Shown in pieces: positions 19,782 through 29,607 of a stretch of 64,000 bases of DNA. Numbering within the stretch: position 1 is the first letter of the stretch; every line of letters begins with the position of its first letter. A model generated the notes under the pieces. That model was not told where the DNA came from. It ran no database searches and was given only the letters and a program-made list of their open reading frames with translations. Source of the DNA: an uncultured Rhabdochlamydiaceae bacterium. Its GTDB lineage: Bacteria; Chlamydiota; Chlamydiia; Chlamydiales; Rhabdochlamydiaceae. The DNA lies in assembly GCA_963712275.1 (NCBI GenBank), contig CAVQHD010000001.1:896001-960000 (forward strand). The letters are read 5' to 3'. The translations under genes were made by a program, and so were the position numbers.

Positions 19782-21038
19782 ATGTGGTATGCTTGCCCCC
19801 AAAATATGGCTACAGGCGTACGTTTTACACCATCCCATTATACGGCTCAACCGAACCTATCAGATATGGATAGGTCACCCCTAGAGCTGCTTCCCTATGA
19901 TATCCTTAATCGGATGGTCTTTTTGTTGTCAACGCGTGAGTGCTGCAGTTTGGCTTCCGTGTGTAAAACATTCACTTACATTGTTGATTGCCAGATTCCC
20001 GAGCGTGCCAAGCAGCTTAGGTTAAACACGGAGGGTGCGACGATTGATGTCATGATCCGCTTAATCCAGGCCGCAGTTGGAAAGCTTGAAAATTTTAATA
20101 CACTGCCTAAAGAAAAGCTGCCTGAAATAGTTCAATGGGTTTTTCAAGAAAAACATCTCGAGCTGTTTCGATGGGTGATTTTACCTACGGCGGAGACTTT
20201 AGAAAGCCTCGATTTACCGGCTCCCTTACAGAATCGAGCGTCTGAGATCGTGGTAAATTCCGAAATGTTTAATGATGTTGTGGTCAGTTGTATGCATGTA
20301 TATACAAAGCTGATCATTGGGTCTCCTAATTTTGCTCAAATTAAACAACACGATCGTCAGAAGGCCATGATACGCTTTGCTCGAACAGGGAATGCGGAGT
20401 GCTTGGAGCAGCTGATCATTGTTTCTCCAGGCACTGCTGAAGGCCTAAGCATCTACGGCGCTTTAGTTGCAGCCACGCACAGTGGTCATTGTGAATGTAT
20501 GAAGATTTTACTCAAACCTTTTTGTTTTAAGGACATTGATCAGCCCTTGATCAAAGCTTTCCTTGGTCAAGTATTCGGACAATTTGCGGAAGCTTATTGT
20601 GTTGAAGGCGTGAAGCTGATGATGGAGTCTTCCTACGCTGGAGAGATTAGCAAATACTTTTTTGCTCGTGTATTGGTGCAATTTGCGAAAGGCGGTTGTA
20701 TTGAAGGTGCAAAGCTAATAATCGAGTCTCCTTATGCTGATAAGATTGATGCAGTCTATTTTGGAATTGCAGTGAAAGCTTTCGCGGAAGCAGATTGCGT
20801 CGAGGGTGTAAAGCTAATAATCCAGCATCCTCTTTATGACATTGGTTTTATCTTCCAATCAATAGTTTTTTTAACAGAAGCATTAGAAAAAAGGCGTTTC
20901 AGGTTTGCGTGGTTTTTGATCGTCAATTTTCCTCAAGTCCTCATCACGTTACCTGTTGTGATACTTGCACTTGTGGGTTCTGTCATTGTGAACTTAGTCA
21001 TTTACTTGTTTTCAAAACAAGACAAGCCGCCTCGCTAA
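19782..21038 (+). CDS. F-box plus degenerate ankyrin-like repeat protein with C-terminal TM helix (candidate effector)
   Basis: LELLPYDILNRMVFLLSTRECCSLASVCKTF F-box; repeated FA..G(C/N).E..KLI units; hydrophobic C-terminus. Confidence 0.72.
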   Translation: MWYACPQNMATGVRFTPSHYTAQPNLSDMDRSPLELLPYDILNRMVFLLSTRECCSLASVCKTFTYIVDCQIPERAKQLRLNTEGATIDVMIRLIQAAVGKLENFNTLPKEKLPEIVQWVFQEKHLELFRWVILPTAETLESLDLPAPLQNRASEIVVNSEMFNDVVVSCMHVYTKLIIGSPNFAQIKQHDRQKAMIRFARTGNAECLEQLIIVSPGTAEGLSIYGALVAATHSGHCECMKILLKPFCFKDIDQPLIKAFLGQVFGQFAEAYCVEGVKLMMESSYAGEISKYFFARVLVQFAKGGCIEGAKLIIESPYADKIDAVYFGIAVKAFAEADCVEGVKLIIQHPLYDIGFIFQSIVFLTEALEKRRFRFAWFLIVNFPQVLITLPVVILALVGSVIVNLVIYLFSKQDKPPR

Positions 21039-22468
21039 TCCCCCTCATTCGCAGGAGTGATTAACACATCGGAGAGAAGGATCGAGATGGCAGAGGAAAG
21101 AGCTGTTCTTAGAGCTGCTTTAACGGTTTTGAAGGAGTCGACGATGCCGCACTTGAGGAGATCTTCTACTTGACAGGTTAAAGCATTAAATCCCCAATAG
21201 GTCTCAGAGGAGAGGACGTCATTGAGGATGAGGGAGGGATCTTGTCTGTTGCGCCATACAATTTGCCTGAAGGGGGCCTCGCACGCTTGGAGAACGATTT
21301 GCACTCCGAGCCGTTTGTCTCCTTTGAGCTTGAGATGATGGAGCGCTTGGGAAGCTCGGAGAAGGGCGACTCCTCCTCCTGGAACGAACCCTTCTTCAAG
21401 AAGGACCTTAATGGAATTTAAGCTTTTTTCAAAAAGTTCTTTTTTCTGATGCAGCTCAGGCCCTAAGTGAGCTCCGACGCGGAGGAGAGCAAAGCCCCGA
21501 GAGAATTGCGTCTTTTGGTGGCGGAGTTTGTTTGTTTCAAGGGGGCCGGCTAGGAAGATGGTTTTTTCTTTTGAAACGATGACTTTCTTGACGGAGCCGA
21601 GGGCATCTGCCTGGATTTGTTTCAACCCAAGTTTTTTAGAAATTAAGGTAGCGCTGCTGAAGGCTATAAGGTCTTGTAAGAGTGGCTCACTAGGAGCTTT
21701 GATGGCGCAGACTCGCAGGGTTCCGCGGAGATGATTGATTGCAAGCGTTGAAAGGGCATCTGCTGCGACATCACTGGCGACGATGAGGAGTTCTCTTCCT
21801 AGACTCATGACAGGTTGCAGGAGGTAAAAAATTTCTTGAATTGAGTGGAGTTGTCCGTTGATGATAAGAAGGGCGGCATCGTGCATTTCAATGGTTAAAC
21901 GATCAGAGTCTGTACAAAAATAGGGGGAGAGATAACCTTCGTCTATCTGAAGCCCTTCGACCATTTCTAAAGAGGACGTCTTGTCTTTCCCTTCTTCAAC
22001 GATAATCAAGCCGCCAACCTTCTGAATGGCTTCGGCAATGAGAGAGCCCGCTTCTCGATCTCCTAAAGCTGCAGCGGTTGCAATGGCGAGGATTTCTTCG
22101 GGCTGAGTCATGGGCTTTGAAAGAATGCTCAGTTCTTTGAAAACAATCTGAGCTCCTTGTTCTATCCCTTGCGTGAGCTCAGTTAGGTTAGCCCCGGCAG
22201 CCAGCTGCCGGAGGCTCTCCTCAATGAGGGTTTTTAAAAGAAGGAGGGTGGTGGCGGTCCCATCTCCATGCTTTTTGTGCATCGTCTCTGCGCTCTTTTT
22301 GGCAATAGCAGCTCCCATGTTGATAAAGGGATCCTTTAGCTCGAGATGTGGGGTATCTCCATTTTTTTGGGGGCCTAAGGTGGCGGCATCGGCAATTTTG
22401 GCAACCCCTTCATAGAGCTTTTGGCGAGCTTCTGTATCGAAGAGTAGCTCTTTTGTATGTTCCATCAT
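21035..22468 (-). CDS. groEL: Divergent chaperonin GroEL paralog
   Basis: LLFDTEARQKLYEGV, GDGTAT, VEGLQIDEGYLSPYF, EEGFVPGGGVAL; shortened to 477 aa; no adjacent groES. Confidence 0.88.
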   Translation of the reverse strand: MMEHTKELLFDTEARQKLYEGVAKIADAATLGPQKNGDTPHLELKDPFINMGAAIAKKSAETMHKKHGDGTATTLLLLKTLIEESLRQLAAGANLTELTQGIEQGAQIVFKELSILSKPMTQPEEILAIATAAALGDREAGSLIAEAIQKVGGLIIVEEGKDKTSSLEMVEGLQIDEGYLSPYFCTDSDRLTIEMHDAALLIINGQLHSIQEIFYLLQPVMSLGRELLIVASDVAADALSTLAINHLRGTLRVCAIKAPSEPLLQDLIAFSSATLISKKLGLKQIQADALGSVKKVIVSKEKTIFLAGPLETNKLRHQKTQFSRGFALLRVGAHLGPELHQKKELFEKSLNSIKVLLEEGFVPGGGVALLRASQALHHLKLKGDKRLGVQIVLQACEAPFRQIVWRNRQDPSLILNDVLSSETYWGFNALTCQVEDLLKCGIVDSFKTVKAALRTALSSAISILLSDVLITPANEGD

Positions 22469-22501
22469 TCTCCTAGTACCATAAGAGAAGTTTTTATAGC
22501 A

Positions 22502-23299
22502 CTAGCAATGGATGGAATGGTAGACGTCCCGCTTGGGGATGCCCCGAATCTCTGCGACGATTTTGATGGCTTCCTGGAGAGAGAGATGAAAAGTCTCGAT
22601 GAGATACTGGACGTGCTCTGGAAGGGAGAGATCGGCGTAGTTAAAATCGATGGATTCGACGGCGACAACGCACTCTCCTCGGGGAGGGTATTCTTGATAA
22701 TGGATGGCGAGCTGGCCTGCTGTTCCCAAGAGGTGTTCTTCATGGAGCTTTGAGAGTTCTCGCATGACGCAGAGACGTTGATGAGGGGGTATTTGCTTTA
22801 AGGTTGATACAAGTCTTTGAGGAGACTCGTAAAAAATCGTCGTTCCCCGATACATGAGGGCTGAGGCGAGTGTTTTGAGCCTCTCCTCTCCCTTTTTTGG
22901 CAGAAAGCCGAGAAATTGGACGCGCTCTTTGGAGAAGGGGCAAAGGGCAAGCGCCATGGTCCATGCTGAAGGGCCTGGGATGAGGGTAAGTGGAAGATTT
23001 TCGGCATAACACCGCTGTACCAATGCTTCTCCGGGATCGCAAATCCCAGGGGTCCCAGCATCTGAGATCAGTCCGATGGACTTATCTTCCTTGAGGTCTT
23101 GAATAATCGCATCTTCTTTTTCTCGCTCATTGAATTGATGAAAACTTTTGAGGGGGGTCTTGATCTCATAGGCTTGAAGCAAAATGCGGCTATGGCGGGT
23201 ATCTTCACATAGGATGTAGTCGCATTGCTTGAGCGTGTCGATGGCTCGCAGCGTGATATCTTGAAGATTTCCCAGAGGAGTCGCGATGAGATAGAGCAT
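22502..23299 (-). CDS. rsmI: 16S rRNA (cytidine1402-2'-O)-methyltransferase
   Basis: LYLIATPLGNLQDIT, CEDTR, SDAGTPGICDPG, FYESPQR, RELSKLHEE. Confidence 0.95.
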   Translation of the reverse strand: MLYLIATPLGNLQDITLRAIDTLKQCDYILCEDTRHSRILLQAYEIKTPLKSFHQFNEREKEDAIIQDLKEDKSIGLISDAGTPGICDPGEALVQRCYAENLPLTLIPGPSAWTMALALCPFSKERVQFLGFLPKKGEERLKTLASALMYRGTTIFYESPQRLVSTLKQIPPHQRLCVMRELSKLHEEHLLGTAGQLAIHYQEYPPRGECVVAVESIDFNYADLSLPEHVQYLIETFHLSLQEAIKIVAEIRGIPKRDVYHSIHC

Positions 23300-23318
23300 A
23301 GACTTGCCTCGGGTTAAA

Positions 23319-23389
23319 AGGTGGCACTCGGAATCGAACCGAGGATGGAAGCTTTGCAGGCTTCTGCCTTACCGCTTGGCGATGCCACC
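23319..23389 (-). tRNA. tRNA-Cys(GCA)
   Basis: Reverse complement GGTGGCATCGCCAAGCGGTAAGGCAGAAGCCTGCAAAGCTTC...GGTTCGATTCCGAGTGCCACCT folds as a cloverleaf with anticodon GCA. Confidence 0.95.
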
Positions 23390-23420
23390 AAAACAAAAAA
23401 ATCATGCGGGATTTTTCAAA

Positions 23421-24410
23421 TCAGGTCAATGAGATACCCTTAATCTCTAACTCAGAAAGTCCAGTGATCTGAACGACTTGCTTCATAGAAAATCCTTGTA
23501 GAAACATCTTTTGGGCGACTTCTAAACTCTTTTTTCTCTCTCCTTCTTGGATTCCCACTTGGATTCCAAGTTCTTTCCCTTCTTTGATTCCAAGTTCTTT
23601 GCCTTCTTGAATCCCAAGTTCTTTTCCCACTTGGATTCCAAGTTCTTTGCCTTCTCGGATCCCTTCTTCTCTCGATTTCTTTAGGGTATTCGTTTCAATT
23701 CTCAGCCATTTAAGATGGTCTTCATACGCTTCTCTCTCTTCAGGACCAAAATTCATCACATCCAGCACATGGAGGGCTTTTTGCAAAGACGGGTGGTTTA
23801 AAGGGGCTGGCAGGTGATCTTTTTTGAGCAGATCATGCCGCGTTAAAAAAGCGACCCACATATCGAGTGATGTTTTCACTTTCACGATCAGATCGGAGAG
23901 CTTTTCTGGACGGTTGCTACAGAACTTCTTTAGCTCGATGGTATGCAGTTCTAAATCTTCAAAATAGGGCAGGTGGCTTGCTTGTTCTCGGATATGGAAG
24001 ACGTTGTGGTATTTTTCCTCTTTAGGAATCGAGGTGAAGTTGAGGATATGGATTCCGATAGCTTTGGATAATAGAGCATAATCTTCTGTGGCTTTGAGCT
24101 GCTCCGTATACAGCTTTGCCCAGTAGTAGAGGGCTCTTTTATCGTAATCGGCTTCATCACTGATTTGAATTTCGATATTGAATCGTTTCCCATCTTTGCC
24201 TTCGGCTTTGATGTCTAAGATGGAGAGTTTATCGTCTCTAAAATTTTTAGGGTTGTAAGGGTTTAAAAGGGTCACATCGGTGACTTGATCTTCAGGTCCT
24301 ACAATCGAGTTAATGAGCGAGATTAAGAGGTCTTTATTCTCTTCAACACCAAAGATTTTTTTAAAGGCAATGTCAACACGAGGGCTGATTGTTTCTGTGC
24401 ATGATGCCAT
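23421..24410 (-). CDS. Rpn-family PD-(D/E)XK nuclease / putative transposase with C-terminal GKELGIQE repeats
   Basis: PRVDIAFKKIFG, ILDIKA...FNIEIQ, RALYYWAKLY; four tandem 8-aa repeats; C-terminal QITGLS. Confidence 0.9.
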   Translation of the reverse strand: MASCTETISPRVDIAFKKIFGVEENKDLLISLINSIVGPEDQVTDVTLLNPYNPKNFRDDKLSILDIKAEGKDGKRFNIEIQISDEADYDKRALYYWAKLYTEQLKATEDYALLSKAIGIHILNFTSIPKEEKYHNVFHIREQASHLPYFEDLELHTIELKKFCSNRPEKLSDLIVKVKTSLDMWVAFLTRHDLLKKDHLPAPLNHPSLQKALHVLDVMNFGPEEREAYEDHLKWLRIETNTLKKSREEGIREGKELGIQVGKELGIQEGKELGIKEGKELGIQVGIQEGERKKSLEVAQKMFLQGFSMKQVVQITGLSELEIKGISLT

Positions 24411-24489
24411 GCTTAAATTCTACACGAATGACATTTTTTTGGGTTGTGAATCTATTTTTTGAATTTGTTTGGGTCTATCTTATCTGGAG

Positions 24490-24517
24490 TGTCAATTTTT
24501 CAATAGATCGGAGTATA
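24490..24517. repeat. Isolated terminal stump of palindromic element family C
   Basis: TGTCAATTTTTCAATAGATCGGAGTATA is identical to the last 28 bp (25997-26024) of the full element. Confidence 0.85.
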
Positions 24518-24537
24518 CTTATTTTAAAGAGGTGAGT

Positions 24538-25875
24538 ATGAAGCTGGATCGCTTGAGACTTATTGGACAATGGCTCGGATGTGATTGCCCTGATGTGCCG
24601 ATTGCAGGATTTACAGTTGATAGCCGCCAGGTTGAAAAAGGATTTCTCTTTTTTGCCTTAAAGGGAGTAAAATTTGATGGGCACGATTTTTTAGGAGAAG
24701 TTGCAAGCCGTGGGGCTGTGGCGGCGGTAGTAGATCGATCTTATCAAGGGATGAGAGCGGGGCTCGTTCTTCTTCCTGTTGATAACGTCGTATTTGCCTT
24801 GCAGCAGCTGGCCAAAGAGGTTCAGAAAAGCCGCTCTCAACGGATCATTGGGGTGACGGGCTCTTTTGGAAAGACGACGACGAAGGAGTTTATTGCGACC
24901 CTTCTATCTCAAAAATGGAGGGTTGCTAAAACGCCAGGGAATAGTAATTCTCAGGTTGGGCTTCCGCTGGCAATTCTAAGGGCTTCTGGAGAAGAGGAGG
25001 TTTTTGTGGTGGAAATGGGGATGAGTGAGGCAGGAGAGATTCAGCGGCTGGTTCAAATTGCGCCTCCAGAAATTGCGGTCATTACAAAGATTGGACACGC
25101 GCACCTTGATTCTTTTGCCAATGGACTTGATGGAATTGCATCGGCTAAGGCTGAGATTTTATCCAACCCTTCAACAAAATGGGGTGTGATTGAACAGGGG
25201 GCTTTTCAGTATACCTCCATTCAACAGGCAGGCGGATGCCCTAAATTGACTTATGGTGTCTCCCCAGCCGTAGCGGATGTGACGCTTGAACCTGGTTGGA
25301 TTTTAAAGGATCGAGGTGAGGAGAGCCCCTCTTTTCGGCTTCCCTTTTCAGAGTCCCATTTTTGTGAAAACTTTACGGGGGCTGCAGCTACAGCTACACT
25401 TATGGGGCTTTCGTGGGAAGAGATGGCTCGAGGGTTTAATGAGTTAAAATCGATTCCTTTACGGTTTGAAAAGATTGAAAGGCAGGGGATCACATTTATC
25501 AATGATTGTTATAACGCAAACCTTGAATCGATGTTTGTTGCTCTGAATAATTTACCAAGACCCTCGTTTGGTGCTAAAACAATTGCGGTTTTTGGAGAAA
25601 TCTCAGGGCTTGGAAAATATTCTGAAGAAGGGCATAGGCAAGTAGGAAAAGCAGCTCTTGATAAAGTTGAGCATCTTCTATGTTATGGAAAAGGGTGCAT
25701 GCCAATGGTGGAGCTATTTGAAGCAGCGGGCCGGCCGGCAGATTTTTATCGAGATTTAAAAGAGCTTAAAAAAGCTGTTTTTGAACTTTCCAAGCCGGGA
25801 GATGTTGTGCTGATTAAGGGATCAAACCAAAACAAGCTTTGGCAGATTTTAGATTATTATACTCCGATCTATTGA
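24538..25875 (+). CDS. murF: UDP-N-acetylmuramoyl-tripeptide--D-Ala-D-Ala ligase
   Basis: DSRQV, GVTGSFGKTTTKE, VEMGMS, INDCYNAN, VLIKGS; upstream of mraY; start taken at ATG 24538 after GAGGTG. Confidence 0.95.
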   Translation: MKLDRLRLIGQWLGCDCPDVPIAGFTVDSRQVEKGFLFFALKGVKFDGHDFLGEVASRGAVAAVVDRSYQGMRAGLVLLPVDNVVFALQQLAKEVQKSRSQRIIGVTGSFGKTTTKEFIATLLSQKWRVAKTPGNSNSQVGLPLAILRASGEEEVFVVEMGMSEAGEIQRLVQIAPPEIAVITKIGHAHLDSFANGLDGIASAKAEILSNPSTKWGVIEQGAFQYTSIQQAGGCPKLTYGVSPAVADVTLEPGWILKDRGEESPSFRLPFSESHFCENFTGAAATATLMGLSWEEMARGFNELKSIPLRFEKIERQGITFINDCYNANLESMFVALNNLPRPSFGAKTIAVFGEISGLGKYSEEGHRQVGKAALDKVEHLLCYGKGCMPMVELFEAAGRPADFYRDLKELKKAVFELSKPGDVVLIKGSNQNKLWQILDYYTPIY

Positions 25876-26024
25876 AAAATTGACATTTGGGCTGCGTCAA
25901 AGCCCCGGGGGCTGGTCATCGCAAGTGGGTCCGTATTGGATTAATACGGACCCACTTGTGATGACCGAACCGCGGGAGCTTTCACGTCAGCCCAAATGTC
26001 AATTTTTCAATAGATCGGAGTATA
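25858..26024. mobile_element. Long palindromic MITE-like element, family C (167 bp)
   Basis: Perfect 37-bp terminal inverted repeats starting TATACTCCGATC; inner 24-bp stem with one G-T mismatch; overlaps the murF stop codon. Confidence 0.85.
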
Positions 26025-26031
26025 GGTCGCT

Positions 26032-27222
26032 ATGTTTCTATTCCTTTTTAAAATGTTTGCCTCTTGGGGTTGGAAAATTCCTTACGCATTTTCCTATTCA
26101 TCAACTCGGATGATGCTTGCAGCTTTAACGTCCCTCCTTGTCACAATTTTGCTGGGTCCTCGCTTTATCCGTCGCCTCTATGAATTAAAAACAGGTCAAT
26201 CAATCCGCGTTGAAGATTGTCCAATGCTTGCTCAACTCCATGAAAAGAAAAAAAATACGCCCACCATGGGAGGTGGGTTGATGCTTTTCTCCATGATCGT
26301 GGCCCTTTTGCTGTGGATGGACTTATCGAGCAGTTTTACTCTGATTTTTTTTGTTACAATCGTCTGGCTGGGGGGGATTGGATCTTATGATGATTTTCTC
26401 AAGTTAAAACATAAAAATTCAAGAGGCTTAAGTCCGCGTAAAAAAATTTTAATGCAAATTGCTTTTGCTGCTTTAATTGCTGGATATGGGGTCTGTCCTG
26501 GGTGGGCGGAAAAAATTCAAGCAGGAGCCTGGTTTGCTCCTCCGATTGCCAAAGAGCTGACAAATCAGTCGCAGATGGTGAGTGTTTCAACGACGGAGTG
26601 GATGACGCAATATTATGTTCCTTTCTATAAACAACCAATTGTCTATCTGAGCGGCTTTCTTGCATTTTTTGTGACGATCTTTGTCATTACAGGAACCTCA
26701 AATGCCGTTAATTTAACAGATGGGCTTGATGGCCTTGCTGCGGGGTGTGTGATTTTAGTGGGAGCGGTCTTAGCCCTTGTGGCGTTTTTATCCAACAATT
26801 TTGAAGTGTCCCGTTATCTGAATATCTTGTATATCGAAAGGGCAAGTGAAATTGCGGTTTTCCTCTGTGCGATGATTGGGGCATGCTTAGGGTTTTTATG
26901 GTATAACGGCTACCCTGCACAGGTGTTTATGGGAGATACAGGGTCACTAGCTCTCGGCGGCGTTCTTGGGGTTGCGGCAGTTTTACTTCGGAGAGAGGTT
27001 TTACTTGCCCTCGTCGGCGGGATTTTTGTGGTAGAGGCGCTCTCTGTGATTTTACAAGTGGCTAGCTATAAGTTTCGAGATAAGAAACGGATTTTTCTCT
27101 GCGCACCTCTCCACCACCATTTTGAGTATAAAGGGTGGCCTGAGACGAAAGTCGTTCTCCGGTTCTGGATCATCGGACTTATTTTAGCTGTGATTGGCGT
27201 GATTTCACTCAAAGTTCAATAG
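26032..27222 (+). CDS. mraY: Phospho-N-acetylmuramoyl-pentapeptide transferase
   Basis: KKNTPTMGG, YDDFLK, NAVNLTDGLDGL, FMGDTGS, APLHHHFE. Confidence 0.97.
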   Translation: MFLFLFKMFASWGWKIPYAFSYSSTRMMLAALTSLLVTILLGPRFIRRLYELKTGQSIRVEDCPMLAQLHEKKKNTPTMGGGLMLFSMIVALLLWMDLSSSFTLIFFVTIVWLGGIGSYDDFLKLKHKNSRGLSPRKKILMQIAFAALIAGYGVCPGWAEKIQAGAWFAPPIAKELTNQSQMVSVSTTEWMTQYYVPFYKQPIVYLSGFLAFFVTIFVITGTSNAVNLTDGLDGLAAGCVILVGAVLALVAFLSNNFEVSRYLNILYIERASEIAVFLCAMIGACLGFLWYNGYPAQVFMGDTGSLALGGVLGVAAVLLRREVLLALVGGIFVVEALSVILQVASYKFRDKKRIFLCAPLHHHFEYKGWPETKVVLRFWIIGLILAVIGVISLKVQ

Positions 27223-27233
27223 AGGAGTTATAT

Positions 27234-27914
27234 ATGAAAAAAATCGGACTTATTTTACTGCTGAGAATTACTTTTTTTAATTTATATGCTTCTGAGGGAT
27301 TTGCAATTCTCTCTTCTGAAAAAACCCTTTCTTCGAGTTCTTTAAAGCCTGTCATATTTTCCGCTACTCATGAGAAGGAATGGGTAGAGCAATGTATTAA
27401 GCAATATCCAGAAATTTTATATCTTGTGGATGAGCAAGTTAGGAAAACCGAGGAGGGGCAAGCAACGGCTCAAGGGTCTTATTCAGAGCAGCTATTTAAT
27501 CAAAAATACATTGAGTTCGATCGGACGGTGATGACGCTTCATTGTCTCAAGCTTATCTTGGATGGTAGTGATAATGCGTATCAAGAGTTTTCAATGGCGC
27601 AACCTAAAGATGCTCGTCTCTCAAGAGAGAGCTTCCACGATTTGCACCTTCAGGGAGAGCGATTATTAAAATCAAAATGGGGGGGAATGACGGAGCTGCA
27701 AATTGCGCAAGCAATGGAAACAGCGTTAGTGCTTGGAGATATAGGGAGTAGAGTACTTGAGATGCATAAAGCGCGCTTAGCGAAGGGAGATGGTGATTCG
27801 ACGATTCCTCTCAATTTCAACAAGGTAGCCGGTATTGCAAAAACATCGCCTGAGCTCCTTCAGAATGAATACACCATTGATGCAGAAGGAAACGTACGTT
27901 TAGTAGGTGAGTAA
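27234..27914 (+). CDS. Hypothetical exported protein
   Basis: GAGGAG RBS; signal-peptide-like N-terminus MKKIGLILLLRITFFNLYA; no family recognised. Confidence 0.7.
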   Translation: MKKIGLILLLRITFFNLYASEGFAILSSEKTLSSSSLKPVIFSATHEKEWVEQCIKQYPEILYLVDEQVRKTEEGQATAQGSYSEQLFNQKYIEFDRTVMTLHCLKLILDGSDNAYQEFSMAQPKDARLSRESFHDLHLQGERLLKSKWGGMTELQIAQAMETALVLGDIGSRVLEMHKARLAKGDGDSTIPLNFNKVAGIAKTSPELLQNEYTIDAEGNVRLVGE

Positions 27915-27917
27915 AAT

Positions 27918-28667
27918 ATGATCAAAGCTTTAAAATTATTTTTGTTTGCTATGTTGATTGGAAGCGTTCCCTTATTTTCTTTACTCCAAACCTCAGAATT
28001 CGAGGCGGTCATATTCGACTGCGACGGAGTGCTTGTTGATACAGAGTATCTCAAATTTCTTGCTTGGAAAGAGGCTTTAGCCGAAGAGAATATCACCTTT
28101 GCAATTGAAGAGTATATGCCTCTAGTTGGGCACAGCTCAAAAAACATTCTTTCTATGCTCAGAAAGTTGAAAAACCTAGAGATTCCGGAAAAGGTCATCG
28201 AAAAACGAAACAGTCACTATCGACTTCTTCAGCAAGAGGGTGTGCCTCCCATTCAGGAAATGATTGATTTTGCTAGACGCTTATCAAAAGGGAAAGAAAA
28301 ATTAGGGATAAAATTAGGACTTGCCTCATCTGCTCCAATGGAGGAAATTCTCCATAATCTGAGGCAGATTGGGCTAGACAATGCATTCGATTTGGTGATT
28401 TCTGGGACAGATGATTTAGGCAGCTATTCTGATGCCGAAGGAAAAAACAAGCCTAAGCCCTACATCTACATCGAGGCGGCTAAAAGGCTTGCTATCGACC
28501 CTTCTAAGTGCCTTGTATTTGAAGACACCAACGCCGGTGTAGAAGCTGCAGCTGGAGCAGGCATGATTGCAATCGGAGTCCCGAATCGGTTTACCATCCA
28601 TCAAGATTTTTCGAAAGCGACGCAAGTGATTTCTTCTAACTCACAAATTCAAGAAATTTTTAAGTAA
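27918..28667 (+). CDS. HAD-family phosphatase (beta-PGM-like) with signal-peptide-like N-terminus
   Basis: [12 protein letters not shown] motif I, LASS motif II, KPKP, VFEDT..GVEAA. Confidence 0.92.
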   Translation: MIKALKLFLFAMLIGSVPLFSLLQTSEFEAVIFDCDGVLVDTEYLKFLAWKEALAEENITFAIEEYMPLVGHSSKNILSMLRKLKNLEIPEKVIEKRNSHYRLLQQEGVPPIQEMIDFARRLSKGKEKLGIKLGLASSAPMEEILHNLRQIGLDNAFDLVISGTDDLGSYSDAEGKNKPKPYIYIEAAKRLAIDPSKCLVFEDTNAGVEAAAGAGMIAIGVPNRFTIHQDFSKATQVISSNSQIQEIFK

Positions 28668-28720
28668 ATGCAACCGCTTGATCTCTTAATAGAATGTAGG
28701 GTAGGATTGACCCCTTTTCT

Positions 28721-28807
28721 GGAGGAGTGTCCGAGTGGCCGATGGAGCACGCTTGGAAAGCGTGTATGCGTGAAAGCGCATCGTGGGTTCGAATCCCACC
28801 TCCTCCG
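28721..28807 (+). tRNA. tRNA-Ser(GGA)
   Basis: GGAGGAG acceptor stem, anticodon arm CACGC-TTGGAAA-GCGTG, long variable arm, GGTTCGAATCC. Confidence 0.95.
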
Positions 28808-28874
28808 TTCTTTGGATTTGAAAATATAATATGTTAAATTTTAGGCGCTTGGAGTTCTGAAAAAATTAAGCGGC

Positions 28875-29597
28875 ATGGAATTAGATTCAAATAATCTCGA
28901 CCTTCTTGAAATCCAATTCGCTCCAACAGATGAACATCAAAAATTGCTTTCCGATATTCGTAACCTCAAAAAAATAATTGCAGAAAAAAACTTATCAATA
29001 GACTCTCAAATTGTTCCGGGGTGGGTGAGAGAAGCTTTTCTTTATGTGTGTAAAATGGCCGGCGAGGGAAAGGGTTTTTCTGGAAAGGACATTTGTTTCA
29101 TCCACGAGAAAATAAAAATGGATGGAAAATTTAGAACTCCTGAGCTTGAAGGGTTTAAATCAACTAGCGTTTGGTTTGGTGCAGATTATCCATATTTCCC
29201 TCCAGAAGCAAAGGAAGTTTATGGTTTGATCCAAAAATTTGAACAGAAATATGCTCATTTTGAGGAAATGGAAGAGCCTCTACAGAAAATATGCGAAGCG
29301 TATTTTCTTTTCGAACTTATACATCCTTTCCCAGATGGAAATGGAAGAACGGGTCGTTTGATATGTGCATGGTTGATGATCCAAAATAACTATGGATTTC
29401 TTGCGCCACTTCTTGAAAAACGTTGGAATAGTAACGAACAGCATCGTATAAAAATTTTTCAGTCCTCCAACAATAACTATCATAGTTGCTTAGGTAATCC
29501 AGAAGTTTTGAATGTGCAATTTAGTGCGTTTTATTTGTATTTCTTAGAGGAGATTAGAGTCTTAAGCAGGCAGATCATAGAGGGAAAGGAAGCTTAA
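28875..29597 (+). CDS. Fic-family protein
   Basis: Canonical HPFPDGNGRTGR Fic motif. Confidence 0.9.
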   Translation: MELDSNNLDLLEIQFAPTDEHQKLLSDIRNLKKIIAEKNLSIDSQIVPGWVREAFLYVCKMAGEGKGFSGKDICFIHEKIKMDGKFRTPELEGFKSTSVWFGADYPYFPPEAKEVYGLIQKFEQKYAHFEEMEEPLQKICEAYFLFELIHPFPDGNGRTGRLICAWLMIQNNYGFLAPLLEKRWNSNEQHRIKIFQSSNNNYHSCLGNPEVLNVQFSAFYLYFLEEIRVLSRQIIEGKEA

Positions 29598-29607
29598 AAA
29601 ACAGTCG

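Noticed and set aside
24469..24537. Longer N-terminus of MurF from the ORF track (also for TrmD, Gmk, RND adaptor and the 52148 antidote)
   Set aside because: These extensions run through repeat sequence or upstream genes. Downstream starts fit family N-termini and RBS positions better.
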